From the NCBI GenBank assembly GCA_045863235.1, contig BTUM01000019.1, positions 18,691 to 82,690 of the forward strand: a stretch of 64,000 nucleotides of DNA. Reading direction: 5' to 3'. The position numbers and the translations under genes are program-made. Within the stretch, counting starts at the first letter, position 1. Each line of letters begins with the position of its first letter. The stretch is from Candidatus Xenobia bacterium (lineage in GTDB: Bacteria; Vulcanimicrobiota; Xenobia; Xenobiales; QWHO01). Of the stretch, positions 53,946-62,947 are shown piece by piece. Under the pieces are notes generated by a model. The model was given only the letters and a program-made list of their open reading frames with translations. It had not been told where the DNA came from and made no database searches.

Positions 53946-56407
53946 CGCTGGATGGTCAAGAACAGCTCGCTCATCTCAGCCGAGGGCGAGATGTTCAACT
54001 CGTTCTTCATGATCTGGGCGCAGCTTTGATACTGGCGGGCGGCCTGCTCGGGCTTGCCCTGCTCCACGAAAGCCCGCATCAGGCAAAGGTGCGCTTCCTG
54101 GTGACAGTTGTCGATCTTGAGCAGGCGCTGGGCGTAATCGTTGCTGACCTCGTAGCGCTCTTTCTCGAAGAAGTAGGTCATCAGGCTCTCGAGCACCTCG
54201 GTATACTTCATCTCCAGCTCTTCGCGGAGCAAGATGGACCAATCAGCGTAGTAGCCTTCCATGAACTCACCCTGATAGAGGCCTTCAGCCTTCTGGAAGG
54301 CGATGATGGACTCGTCATCGCGCCCCTCGCGCTCGCGGGCCTGACCAAGCTCGTACTGTCGCTCGAACTCGGCCACGTCGAAGAACCAGGAACGGTCCAC
54401 ATTGAATCGATAGAAGCCTTTGCGGGCAAGCACCACGCGGTCGGACTCCCCGGTGAAGACTGCTTCCAACGCCTTGCGCATGTGCGAAAGAGCGGCGTAA
54501 AGAGATTGGCGGGCCTTCTCGGGCGGGTGATCGGGCCAGAACAGGTCCATGATCTTCTCGTCTGGGATGTCTCGGCCCGAATGCACCGCCAAATAAGCGA
54601 ACAGGTACTTCGACTTGCGGGTCTTCCAGAGCTTGTCGCCCACCTCCTGGCCGCCCGCGAAGACGCGGAACTTGCCAAAACCATACAGCGAAAGGGGCGG
54701 AGCCTGCACCGCACCGGCCACACCTTCCTTGGGGGACAAAAGCTCCATCACCCGCTCGCGAGTGTTCGCCTGGACGTCGGCCAGGAATGGCTGGACAGCA
54801 TCAAAGCCCAGTGATTGCAGCATGCGGTCGACCGCTGGCGACTCCTGGGCGGCAAATTCGAGCAGCAGCGGAATGGCCAGGTGACGCTGCTGACGCAGCG
54901 ACTGCTGGAGCCCGTACTTCTCGACGGTCTCGGCAGCCAGGTCGACCTGCGCCCTGGCCTCAGCGGCCTGATTGTTCTTGTGCAGCACCTTGCCACGATA
55001 AAGAGCGGTGGAGGCCAGCTCAGGCTGGTGCTCCCACACGGTGAAGATCTCGCGAGCCCTGTCGAGGTCTTCCAGAGCCGGCGCAACTTCTCCCTGTACG
55101 CCCCGGACCAGGCCTCGGACAGCCTGGGCCTTGCCGGTGCGCAGCTGGCTCTGACCGATGGCGGCCTCCACGGCCTGATCGGCGTAGCCGCGCGCGTCGT
55201 CCACGCGACCGCGGTGCAGGTGAGAAAGCGCCAGGCCGACCAGCGCCTCGGAGCGCAAACCGCCCGCCGCCTCCGGCAGCAGCTCCAAAGCGCCCGAATA
55301 GGCTTTCCCCGATATTTCAAGGTCGCCAGCCGACAGGTAGGTGCCTGCCAGGCCCAGCATCAGCTCCACCTGCCGCTCCTTGGAGAGGGCCTCCTCGCGA
55401 ACTTCCTCGTCGTCCTCGGCCGTTTCGTCGGTGGCCTCTTCGTCGGCAGCCAGCATCTTGAGGAACTGATTGACCAGGTCCGGGTCGAAGTGGGTGCCAG
55501 CCTCCTTCTCCAGGATCTGGCGAGCGTCGTGGTGGCTCAAAGGCTCGCGGTGAGGGCGCGCGCTGATCATGGCATCGTAAGCCTCAGCCACGCAAAGAAT
55601 GCGCGATTCCAGAGGAATTTGGGTACCCTTCAGGCCCTGCGGGTGTCCCGAGCCATCGAACCATTCATGGTGGTGCAGCACGATCCGGAACACTTCTCGC
55701 AGACTCCCCAGACTGCTGAACAAAGTCTGGGATTGCTGGCTGGAGGCCTCCTGCAGTTGCTGCTTTTCGCCCTCGTCGAGCATCTCTTCGGTCTTGTCCA
55801 GGAAGGCTTTTTTCTGGCCGATGGTGCCCACGTCATGCAAGAAGGCAGCCAACTCGAGCACCTCGAGCCGGTTGCGGGAAAGCCCGGCCGCCTTGCCGAT
55901 CTTCAGAGAGCTCTCGGCCACGCGGCGCGAGTGACCGCTGAAGTGCTCGTCGCGCTCCTCCACGCCCTCGGCCAGCAGTTTGACGATGGCCGCAAAATCG
56001 CGCCACTGCTGCTCGAGACCCTGAGAGAAACTCTTCTGCAGCCGATAGGACTCCAGGCTGCGCTTGACGCTCTGCACGAACTGCTTGTCGTCAAAGGGCT
56101 TCATCAAATAGTCGTCCACGCCCATCTTGATGGCGCGAATGGGCACGTCGGGACTGGCGTAGCCGGTGATCACGATGGAGCGGGTATCGGGCTGGTCGCG
56201 TTTGAGGTTGGAGATCGTCTCCAGACCGTCCATTTCGGCCATGCGGACGTCACACACCACCAGGTCGAAGGATGTCTCCTTCGCCTTCTGAATGGCGTCC
56301 AGCCCCGAAGACGCGGTGGTTACATCGTAACCCTCGTCCGTAAGCAGAATCTCCAAGGCTGCAAGCATCAAGGGGTCGTCTTCGACCACCAGGATCTTCT
56401 CCGGCAC
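53942..56407 (-). CDS. Multidomain response regulator: REC + HD-GYP + TPR + C-terminal SARP (OmpR-type wHTH + BTAD)
   Basis: REC domain with phospho-acceptor (VCDVRMAEMDG). HD-GYP domain (HHHEWFDGSGHPQGL). TPR region. C-terminal FGKFRVFAGGQEV...KSKYLFAYLAVH...RVVLARKGFYRFN winged helix, then a BTAD helical domain. Confidence 0.75.
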   Translation of the reverse strand: MPEKILVVEDDPLMLAALEILLTDEGYDVTTASSGLDAIQKAKETSFDLVVCDVRMAEMDGLETISNLKRDQPDTRSIVITGYASPDVPIRAIKMGVDDYLMKPFDDKQFVQSVKRSLESYRLQKSFSQGLEQQWRDFAAIVKLLAEGVEERDEHFSGHSRRVAESSLKIGKAAGLSRNRLEVLELAAFLHDVGTIGQKKAFLDKTEEMLDEGEKQQLQEASSQQSQTLFSSLGSLREVFRIVLHHHEWFDGSGHPQGLKGTQIPLESRILCVAEAYDAMISARPHREPLSHHDARQILEKEAGTHFDPDLVNQFLKMLAADEEATDETAEDDEEVREEALSKERQVELMLGLAGTYLSAGDLEISGKAYSGALELLPEAAGGLRSEALVGLALSHLHRGRVDDARGYADQAVEAAIGQSQLRTGKAQAVRGLVRGVQGEVAPALEDLDRAREIFTVWEHQPELASTALYRGKVLHKNNQAAEARAQVDLAAETVEKYGLQQSLRQQRHLAIPLLLEFAAQESPAVDRMLQSLGFDAVQPFLADVQANTRERVMELLSPKEGVAGAVQAPPLSLYGFGKFRVFAGGQEVGDKLWKTRKSKYLFAYLAVHSGRDIPDEKIMDLFWPDHPPEKARQSLYAALSHMRKALEAVFTGESDRVVLARKGFYRFNVDRSWFFDVAEFERQYELGQAREREGRDDESIIAFQKAEGLYQGEFMEGYYADWSILLREELEMKYTEVLESLMTYFFEKERYEVSNDYAQRLLKIDNCHQEAHLCLMRAFVEQGKPEQAARQYQSCAQIMKNELNISPSAEMSELFLTIQR

Positions 56408-56564
56408 GGTGCCTCCCCAGTCACTGGTAAGTCGGTCCGACCGGCGACCGGACCGAGCATCCTACTGATCCCGAGTTGAAATTCTTTGGCAATTCCCCTT
56501 CTCAAGGCGAAGTCCTCCCTGCCCGGCGGGCTCCCGACAGGGGGCCCAGGGGAGGGAAGGATAT

Positions 56565-57752
56565 TCAACCAACCTGAGCGGGCTCGCGTCGAACCTCATC
56601 CTCATAAGCTTGAATCCCGGTGAGATGGCGCCCCAGAATCAACTGCTGAATCTGGCTGGTTCCCTCGTAGAGGCTGGCCACCCGGGCGTCGCGCCAGAGC
56701 CGCTCCGGGGCAAACTCGTTGGAATAGCCGTAGCCACCGTGGATCTGGATGGCTTTGTCGGCGGCCCGCTTGGCCACTTCGCTGGCATAGTACTTGCACA
56801 CCGAGACCTCGATGGTGCTCTTGCGGCCCTCGTTCTTGGCCATTCCGGCCTGGTAGACCAGCAACCGGGCGGCTTGCGTCTCGACATAGAGGTCGGCCAG
56901 CATCTCCTGCACCAATTGGAAGCCCGCGATCGGTTTGCCGAAGGCTTCCCGCTCCTTGGAGTATGCGACGCTGCAATCCAGGGCGTGCTGAGCGATGCCG
57001 ACGCAGCCGCTGGCTACGCCGTAGCGCCCATTATCCAGAGCGCTCATGGCGATCTTGAAGCCCTGCCCCACCTCGCCCAGTCGGGCTGAATCAGGCACCC
57101 GCACGTTCTCGAGGAACAGCTCGCCCGTGTCGGAGGCCTTCAAACCCAGTTTCCCTTTCATCTTCTGAGTCTGGAAGCCGGGCGACTTCGTCTCCACCAG
57201 GAAAGCCACCATCCCGCGATGCTTGGAGCCCGGCTCGGTCTGGGCGAAGATCAGGGCCAGATCAGCCCAGGTACCGTTGGAGATCCAGACCTTCTGGCCG
57301 TTCAAGATCCAGTCCGATCCCTGGCGCACGGCCCGGGTGGCCAGGTTGCCCGCATCCGAGCCCGCTCCAGGCTCGGTCAGGCCAAAGCAGCCGATCCACT
57401 CGGCCGAGCACAGGCGGGGCAGGTAGGTTTTCTTCTGCTCCTCGGTGCCCCAGGCCAGAATCGTCAGCTCCACCAGCGACATCTGCACCGACAGCGTGGT
57501 GCGCACCGAGGAGTCGGCGTAGCCGATCTCTTCGAAGACCATTGCCTCGCTGATATAGTCCAGGCCGGCCCCGCCGTACTGCTCGGGCACCGGAACACCC
57601 AGAAAGCCGAGCTTGCCCATCTCGTTGAGCAGCTCCCGGGGATAGGCCTCCTCGATGTCCCAGCGGCGGGCGTGAGGCAAGATCTTATCCCGCGCGAAGC
57701 TACGCGCGGCATCGCGGATCATTTTTTGTTCGGAAGTCGGGTTGAAGTCCAT
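56565..57752 (-). CDS. Acyl-CoA dehydrogenase (glutaryl-CoA dehydrogenase-like)
   Basis: ACAD N/M/C domains, GLTEPGAGSD, the catalytic Glu region and YEGT. Confidence 0.85.
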   Translation of the reverse strand: MDFNPTSEQKMIRDAARSFARDKILPHARRWDIEEAYPRELLNEMGKLGFLGVPVPEQYGGAGLDYISEAMVFEEIGYADSSVRTTLSVQMSLVELTILAWGTEEQKKTYLPRLCSAEWIGCFGLTEPGAGSDAGNLATRAVRQGSDWILNGQKVWISNGTWADLALIFAQTEPGSKHRGMVAFLVETKSPGFQTQKMKGKLGLKASDTGELFLENVRVPDSARLGEVGQGFKIAMSALDNGRYGVASGCVGIAQHALDCSVAYSKEREAFGKPIAGFQLVQEMLADLYVETQAARLLVYQAGMAKNEGRKSTIEVSVCKYYASEVAKRAADKAIQIHGGYGYSNEFAPERLWRDARVASLYEGTSQIQQLILGRHLTGIQAYEDEVRREPAQVG

Positions 57753-57801
57753 GGTGGCGCGGCCATTCTGGCAGGCCGGTGAGCCCTCCTGCCGAAGGCA
57801 G

Positions 57802-58539
57802 GTCGCCGTGCGTCTGACCGAGCTGACTTACACCCGCTTCGAGGCACTCGACCGCTCACGCTGCGTGGCCCTCCTGCCGGTGGGAGCCATCGAGGCCCAC
57901 GGCCCGCACCTGCCCCTTGGCACCGATGGGGTGATCGCCGAGGCCATGGCCGGGCGGGCGACCGAGTTGCTGGCCCACGAGGGATATACGGCGCTCATAC
58001 TTCCCACGATGGACTTCACAGTGGCCGGGTTTGCCCGGAACTTTGCCGGCACATTCAGCTTCCGGCCCGAGACCGTGCGCCTGCTTTTGCAGGATCTGAC
58101 GGCCGAGCTCTCGCGTTGGGGTCTGGCCGCGCTGGGAGTGGCCAATGCCCACCTTGACCCACTTCACCTGAAGTGCCTGCAGCAGGGCTTGGCGGATGCC
58201 CCCCTCCCGGTGGCCTTCCCAGACCTGACCCGTAAACGTCACGCCACCCGCCTGAGCGAGGAGTTCCAGAGCGGGGCATGCCATGCCGGCCAGTACGAGG
58301 GCTCTATCGTGCTTGCTGCCCGACCCGAGCTGGTCGAGCTGGCCACGGCCCGAGCCTTGCCCGACAATCCGCGCTCGCTGGTGGACGCCATCCGCGCCGG
58401 AATCTCCAGCTTCGAGGAAGCGGGAGGCCCACAGGCCTACTTTGGCTCCCCTCGCGGCATCAACGCCCCGGAGGGTCACGAGAGCATCGCCACGCTGGCG
58501 AGCATCCTGGCCGAGGAGCTGCTGGCTCTGCTGCGATGA
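57802..58539 (+). CDS. Creatininase family amidohydrolase
   Basis: LTELTY..ALLPVGAIEAHGPHLPLGTD motif. Start set at an internal GTG because the ATG ORF start would overlap the divergent ACAD start. Confidence 0.7.
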   Translation, partial: VAVRLTELTYTRFEALDRSRCVALLPVGAIEAHGPHLPLGTDGVIAEAMAGRATELLAHEGYTALILPTMDFTVAGFARNFAGTFSFRPETVRLLLQDLTAELSRWGLAALGVANAHLDPLHLKCLQQGLADAPLPVAFPDLTRKRHATRLSEEFQSGACHAGQYEGSIVLAARPELVELATARALPDNPRSLVDAIRAGISSFEEAGGPQAYFGSPRGINAPEGHESIATLASILAEELLALLR

Positions 58540-58582
58540 AGCGCCTGAAAGGAAGACCGGGGAAGGGCCTGAAGTGTTCCTC

Positions 58583-58954
58583 ATGAGACTCTTGACGCTG
58601 ACCTTCTGCCTGCTGCTGACGGCCGCCGTGCTGGCCGAAGGCTTCACCACCAGGGTTCGCTTCCAGGCGGGAACCAGCGGCGCCAAGCTGCAGGGGGCCG
58701 TGGCCCGCGGTGAGGAGAACACCTACATTCTTGGCGCGACCGGTGGACAGACGATGGCGGTGAAGATCAGCTCGGTCGAAGGCAACGCCGTCTTCCACAT
58801 CATCGGCTCATCGGGCAAGCCGCTGGCCGGCGCCGAGCCAGGCAAGGATGCCACCCAGTGGCAGGGCCAGTTGCAGCGCGACGGCGACTATCGCGTGGTG
58901 GTCGGGGCCACCCGGGGCGGGGCCGAGTACACGCTGCAGATCAGCATCAAGTAG
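58583..58954 (+). CDS. Small secreted hypothetical protein (123 aa)
   Basis: Signal peptide MRLLTLTFCLLLTAAVLA. Beta-rich. No family recognised. Confidence 0.45.
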   Translation: MRLLTLTFCLLLTAAVLAEGFTTRVRFQAGTSGAKLQGAVARGEENTYILGATGGQTMAVKISSVEGNAVFHIIGSSGKPLAGAEPGKDATQWQGQLQRDGDYRVVVGATRGGAEYTLQISIK

Positions 58955-58956
58955 GC

Positions 58957-60045
58957 TTGGGCGTTCCCCGCCTGATCGGGGTCGATGCCCTGCGGGGCGT
59001 TGCCGCCCTCATGGTGTTGCTCTATCACGGCTGGTTCGGTCCGCTGATCAACCAGGTCAGCCCGGAAGCATTCTGGCTGGCCTATCCCAGCTGGCAGGGC
59101 TTCACCGGGGTGCACCTGTTCTTGCTCCTCTCCGGGTTCTGCATTCACGCGCGGGCGGCCAGCGCCGGCCGCGCTCGCCCCTTCCTCGTCTTCTGGCGAC
59201 GTCGGCTGACCCGGCTCTATCCCCCTTACCTGGCCGCCGTCGGTCTGAGCTTTCTGGTGCTGAGCGGGCCGGGCCAGAGAGAGCTCTGGATCGCCCTGGC
59301 GATCCACGCCACCTTTCTCCTCCCCTTCTTCCCCGTGACGCTCTGGAACTCGGGGAATATCGTGTTCTGGACCCTGGCCCTGGAAGAGCAGCTCTATCTC
59401 CTCTACTCCCCATTTCTCTGGCTGCGCAAGCGATTGTCGCTGACGAGGGTCGTCGCCGTGGTGCTGGGGGCGACCCTGCTCTACCGAGCCGCAGCCGTCT
59501 ACTGGATGCAAGCCCGCACGCCGATGTGGTCGACCCCGGTCGAGTTTCTGGGCGCTCTGCCCGCTCAGGGAGGAGCAGCCTGGCTGACGCTGGGCCCGGC
59601 CCGCTGGTTCGAGTGGGTGCTGGGGGCGGCCCTGGCCGAGCGCTACTTTCAGGGTAAGCTCTACTTCTCGAGAAAGGCCGGTCTGCTGAGCCTGCTGGCC
59701 CTGGCCGCTGCCCTGGCCGGTCAGTGGTCTCAGCCCGGCTGGGTGCTCACCGACCCCTGCTGGGGGCTCTTCTACCTGGGGGTCTGCGCCTGGACCTTGA
59801 CCCGGGAGCCCGAGCGACTGAGCGCACGGCCCTTGTGGAAGGCGGCCAGTCAGGTTGGGCTCTACAGCTACAGTCTCTATCTGGTGCACGTGCCGGTGCT
59901 GGATTTGCTCCAGCCCGTACTCGGGACGCTCGTTCCGCAGGCTCTGGCGCTGCCGCTTAGTTGCCTGCTGGTACTGCCCTGCGCCTACCTGTTCTACCTG
60001 CTCTTCGAACGACCCGCCCTGGAATGGAGCCGCCGGCTTCGCTGA
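58957..60045 (+). CDS. Acyltransferase 3 (OafA/YrhL-like) family membrane O-acyltransferase
   Basis: IGVDALRGVAALMV, multiple TM helices, LLSGFCIHA, RRRLTRLYP. TTG start chosen immediately after the upstream stop. Confidence 0.75.
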   Translation: MGVPRLIGVDALRGVAALMVLLYHGWFGPLINQVSPEAFWLAYPSWQGFTGVHLFLLLSGFCIHARAASAGRARPFLVFWRRRLTRLYPPYLAAVGLSFLVLSGPGQRELWIALAIHATFLLPFFPVTLWNSGNIVFWTLALEEQLYLLYSPFLWLRKRLSLTRVVAVVLGATLLYRAAAVYWMQARTPMWSTPVEFLGALPAQGGAAWLTLGPARWFEWVLGAALAERYFQGKLYFSRKAGLLSLLALAAALAGQWSQPGWVLTDPCWGLFYLGVCAWTLTREPERLSARPLWKAASQVGLYSYSLYLVHVPVLDLLQPVLGTLVPQALALPLSCLLVLPCAYLFYLLFERPALEWSRRLR

Positions 60046-60077
60046 GCGGCCGGACTTCTCAGACCCTGGGAGCAGCG

Positions 60078-60145
60078 CAGCCTGCTACTCAATCTGTTGA
60101 GCGCAGGACCTCTTCGAGGACTTTTGCATCACTCTGCTAGGCGGC
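60078..60145. repeat. Conserved convergent-junction element, copy B
   Basis: cctcttcgaggacttttgcatcactctgctaggcgg matches copy A (cctcgaaagggcttttgcatcagcctgctacgcg). It likewise contains the TAG stop of the minus-strand gene, and a small GC hairpin plus TTTT reads into it from the plus-strand gene. Confidence 0.6.
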
Positions 60146-60469
60146 AGGCGGGTTCTCGAGCCGTTCGAGCCGGCGATGAATGGCCTCGATCTCGCTTTCT
60201 CGGCGGGCCGATTCAGCCGCGATGAGCCCCCGCAGAAAGTCGGTCATCTCAAAGGAGCGCTGCTGATAGCTCTGCAGACCCCTGGCCAACTCCTGGTGGG
60301 AACGTTCCATTCTGAGCATCAGCTCACGAAGCAGGTCTCGGTGGTCTGTCAGAGCACCCATGACCAGACTAAAATCTTGAGCCTGGGCCTGACGGAGCTC
60401 TTCGATACGCTGATCCATCAACTCCAACCGGTATTCCATGGAAGCAACCTCCTGAAAGCATTCTACCAA
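60137..60469 (-). CDS. Hypothetical coiled-coil protein (110 aa)
   Basis: Heptad-rich sequence. No family recognised. Its stop codon lies inside the conserved repeat element. Confidence 0.4.
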   Translation of the reverse strand: MVECFQEVASMEYRLELMDQRIEELRQAQAQDFSLVMGALTDHRDLLRELMLRMERSHQELARGLQSYQQRSFEMTDFLRGLIAAESARRESEIEAIHRRLERLENPPAA

Positions 60470-60609
60470 CCACCACCAGGAGAGGAAAGAACTTCCTCTG
60501 ACATTGTTGCCAGCTGTTACCGAGCCTTGAACTCAACTTTGCCGCACCGTGAACGAAAGATGAACACTCCTGAAGGAACCCGACCTTCAAACGCTAAAGG
60601 CGCAGGCCC

Positions 60610-61005
60610 ATGCTCACCCCTGTCAACCCGGACACCCTGGCCAAACCGCGCGGCTACTCCAACGGCCTGCTGGCCCCGGCAGGCTCGCGCCTGCTGTTCA
60701 TCGCCGGCCAGGTCGGCTGGGACGCGCTGGGCCGCTTCGTCAGCACTGACTTTGCCGAGCAGTTCGACAAGGCGCTCGAGAACGTGCTCGAGGTCGTCAA
60801 GGCGGCAGGGGGAGGGCCCGAGAACCTGGCACGCCTGACCCTCTACGTGCTCGACAAGGCCGAGTACAATGCGGCCACCAAACGGGTGGGCGAGTTCTAC
60901 CGCGCCCGCATGGGGCGCCACTACCCCACCATGGCCCTGCTCGAGGTCAAAGGCCTGCTCGAGTCCGAGGCCCGGGTGGAGATCGAAGGGACCGCCGTGC
61001 TGTGA
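60610..61005 (+). CDS. RidA/YjgF family protein (second copy)
   Basis: YSNGLLAP..LLFIAGQVG ... and the C-terminal EVEV motif. Confidence 0.8.
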   Translation: MLTPVNPDTLAKPRGYSNGLLAPAGSRLLFIAGQVGWDALGRFVSTDFAEQFDKALENVLEVVKAAGGGPENLARLTLYVLDKAEYNAATKRVGEFYRARMGRHYPTMALLEVKGLLESEARVEIEGTAVL

Positions 61006-61793
61006 TCGCCCCCCAACACTTCCTCTATCAGCTCGAGGAGGGCGTTGCCACCCTCACCCTGAACCGACCCGACCGGCTCAACGCGCTGACTTTCGATGTC
61101 TACCGCGAGCTCAAGGAGGTCTTTCTGGCCCTGGATACCGAGCCGGGCGTGCGAGCCATCGTTCTTACCGGCGCGGGGCGCGCCTTCTGCTCGGGCGGGG
61201 ACGTGGAGGACATCATCGGAGCCCTGTTCGCGCGTGACTTCGAAGGCTTGCTCGACTTCACCCGGGCAACCGGTGACCTGATCCTGGCCATGATCGAGTG
61301 CCGCCGTCCCATCGTGGGCGCCCTGAACGGCACCGTAGCCGGGGCTGGAGCGGTGATGGCCACGGCCTGCGACTTCCGGGTGGCCTCCGAAACCGCCAAG
61401 ATCGCCTTCCTGTTCACCAAGGTCGGTCTTTCGGGCGCCGACATGGGAGCCACCTGGCTGCTCCCCCGTCTGGTCGGGCTGGGCCGGGCCAACGCCATGC
61501 TGATGACGGGAGACTTCACCAGCGCCCAGGAGGCCCTGGCCATCGGGCTCTACCACCAGGTGGTCAAGCCCGAGGAAACCCTGGCCGCGGCCACCGCTCT
61601 GGCTCGCAAGCTGGCGGCCGGACCGGCCTTCGGCCTGGAGATCACCAAGAAACTGCTCTACCGCGAAGCCCACATGGACCTGCGCTCGGCCATGGCCGCC
61701 GAGACCGAGATCCAGGCCGCCTGTATGCTGCACCCCGACTTCCGCGAGGCCTACGAAGCCTTTACCTCCAAACGGAGCCCCGCCTTCCGGTGA
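61002..61793 (+). CDS. Enoyl-CoA hydratase/isomerase (crotonase) family protein
   Basis: LTLNRPDRLNAL...AFCSGGD oxyanion-hole motifs. Confidence 0.85.
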   Translation: MIAPQHFLYQLEEGVATLTLNRPDRLNALTFDVYRELKEVFLALDTEPGVRAIVLTGAGRAFCSGGDVEDIIGALFARDFEGLLDFTRATGDLILAMIECRRPIVGALNGTVAGAGAVMATACDFRVASETAKIAFLFTKVGLSGADMGATWLLPRLVGLGRANAMLMTGDFTSAQEALAIGLYHQVVKPEETLAAATALARKLAAGPAFGLEITKKLLYREAHMDLRSAMAAETEIQAACMLHPDFREAYEAFTSKRSPAFR

Positions 61794-62947
61794 TCGACAC
61801 CGGCGCCGTCGAGGTCTTCCTCACCGCCGAGCACCGCCAGGCGGCCGACCGCCTGGGCGCTTTCTGCCGGCAAGAGTTGGACCAGGTGGCCCCCGAAACC
61901 GACGCCCAGGCCCGCGAAACGGCCCGCCTGGTGCTGGGCAAGCTGGGCCAGGGCTGGCTGGCCACCGCCGTGCCGGCCCGATTTGCCCGGGCCGAGATGC
62001 CTCAGGACGCGCGCGGGCTCTGCCTGGTGCGCGAGAACCTTGGCTACAGCTCGCCGCTGGCTGACGCCGTATTCGCCCTGCAGGGGCTGGGCTCGACCCC
62101 CTTGGCACTGGCCGGAACCCCGGCCCAGCAGGAGCGCTGGCTTCCGGCCGTGGCCCGAGGCGAGGCCATGGCCGCCTTCGCCATGACCGAGCCCGAGGCC
62201 GGGTCGGACGTTGCTTCCATGCGCACCAGCGCCCGTCCCGAGGGAGACTCCTGGCTGCTCGAGGGCCACAAGACCTTCATCTCCAACGCCGGCATCGCCG
62301 ACTTCTACGTGGTCTTCGCCCAGACCGACCCCGCCCTGGGCAGCCGGGGTATCGGCGCCTTCCTGGTCGAAAAGAACAATCCCGGTCTTCTATTCCTGGG
62401 GCCGCAGGTGATGAGCGCCCCGCACCCGCTGGGAAGTATCGGCTTTGAAGCCTGTCGGGCCGAGCTGATCGCCCGCGAGGGCTTCAAGCTTGGCATGCGC
62501 ACCCTGGACGCCCTGCGCGTCTCGGTGGCCGCCGCCGCCTGTGGAATGGCCGCCCGGGCTCTGCACGAGGCCCGTCGGCACGCCCTCAAGCGCCAGCAGT
62601 TCGGCAAGCCCCTGGCCGAGTTCCAGCTGATCCAGCAGAAGCTGGCCCAGATGGCCATCGGCCTGGACGCCTCCCGCCTGCTCACCTATCGGGCCGCCTG
62701 GCTCAAGGACCAGGGGCGCGAGCGGCTGACCAGCGAGGTGGCCATGGCCAAGGCTTTTGCCACCGAGACGGCCCAGCAGGTCATCGACGCCGCCATGCAG
62801 GTGTGCGGAGGGGTGGCCATGCTCAGCGACCATCCCGTGGAACGGCTCTATCGAGCCGTGCGGAGCCTGCGGATCTACGAGGGAACGACCGAGATCCAAC
62901 ACCTCATTCTGGCCCGGGAGCTGTGTAAAGATGTGGACCCCGCCTGA
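61790..62947 (+). CDS. Acyl-CoA dehydrogenase
   Basis: AMTEPEAGSD, ACAD fold and the IYEGTTEIQ C-terminal motif. GTG start in a GTGA overlap with the crotonase stop. Confidence 0.8.
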   Translation: MIDTGAVEVFLTAEHRQAADRLGAFCRQELDQVAPETDAQARETARLVLGKLGQGWLATAVPARFARAEMPQDARGLCLVRENLGYSSPLADAVFALQGLGSTPLALAGTPAQQERWLPAVARGEAMAAFAMTEPEAGSDVASMRTSARPEGDSWLLEGHKTFISNAGIADFYVVFAQTDPALGSRGIGAFLVEKNNPGLLFLGPQVMSAPHPLGSIGFEACRAELIAREGFKLGMRTLDALRVSVAAAACGMAARALHEARRHALKRQQFGKPLAEFQLIQQKLAQMAIGLDASRLLTYRAAWLKDQGRERLTSEVAMAKAFATETAQQVIDAAMQVCGGVAMLSDHPVERLYRAVRSLRIYEGTTEIQHLILARELCKDVDPA

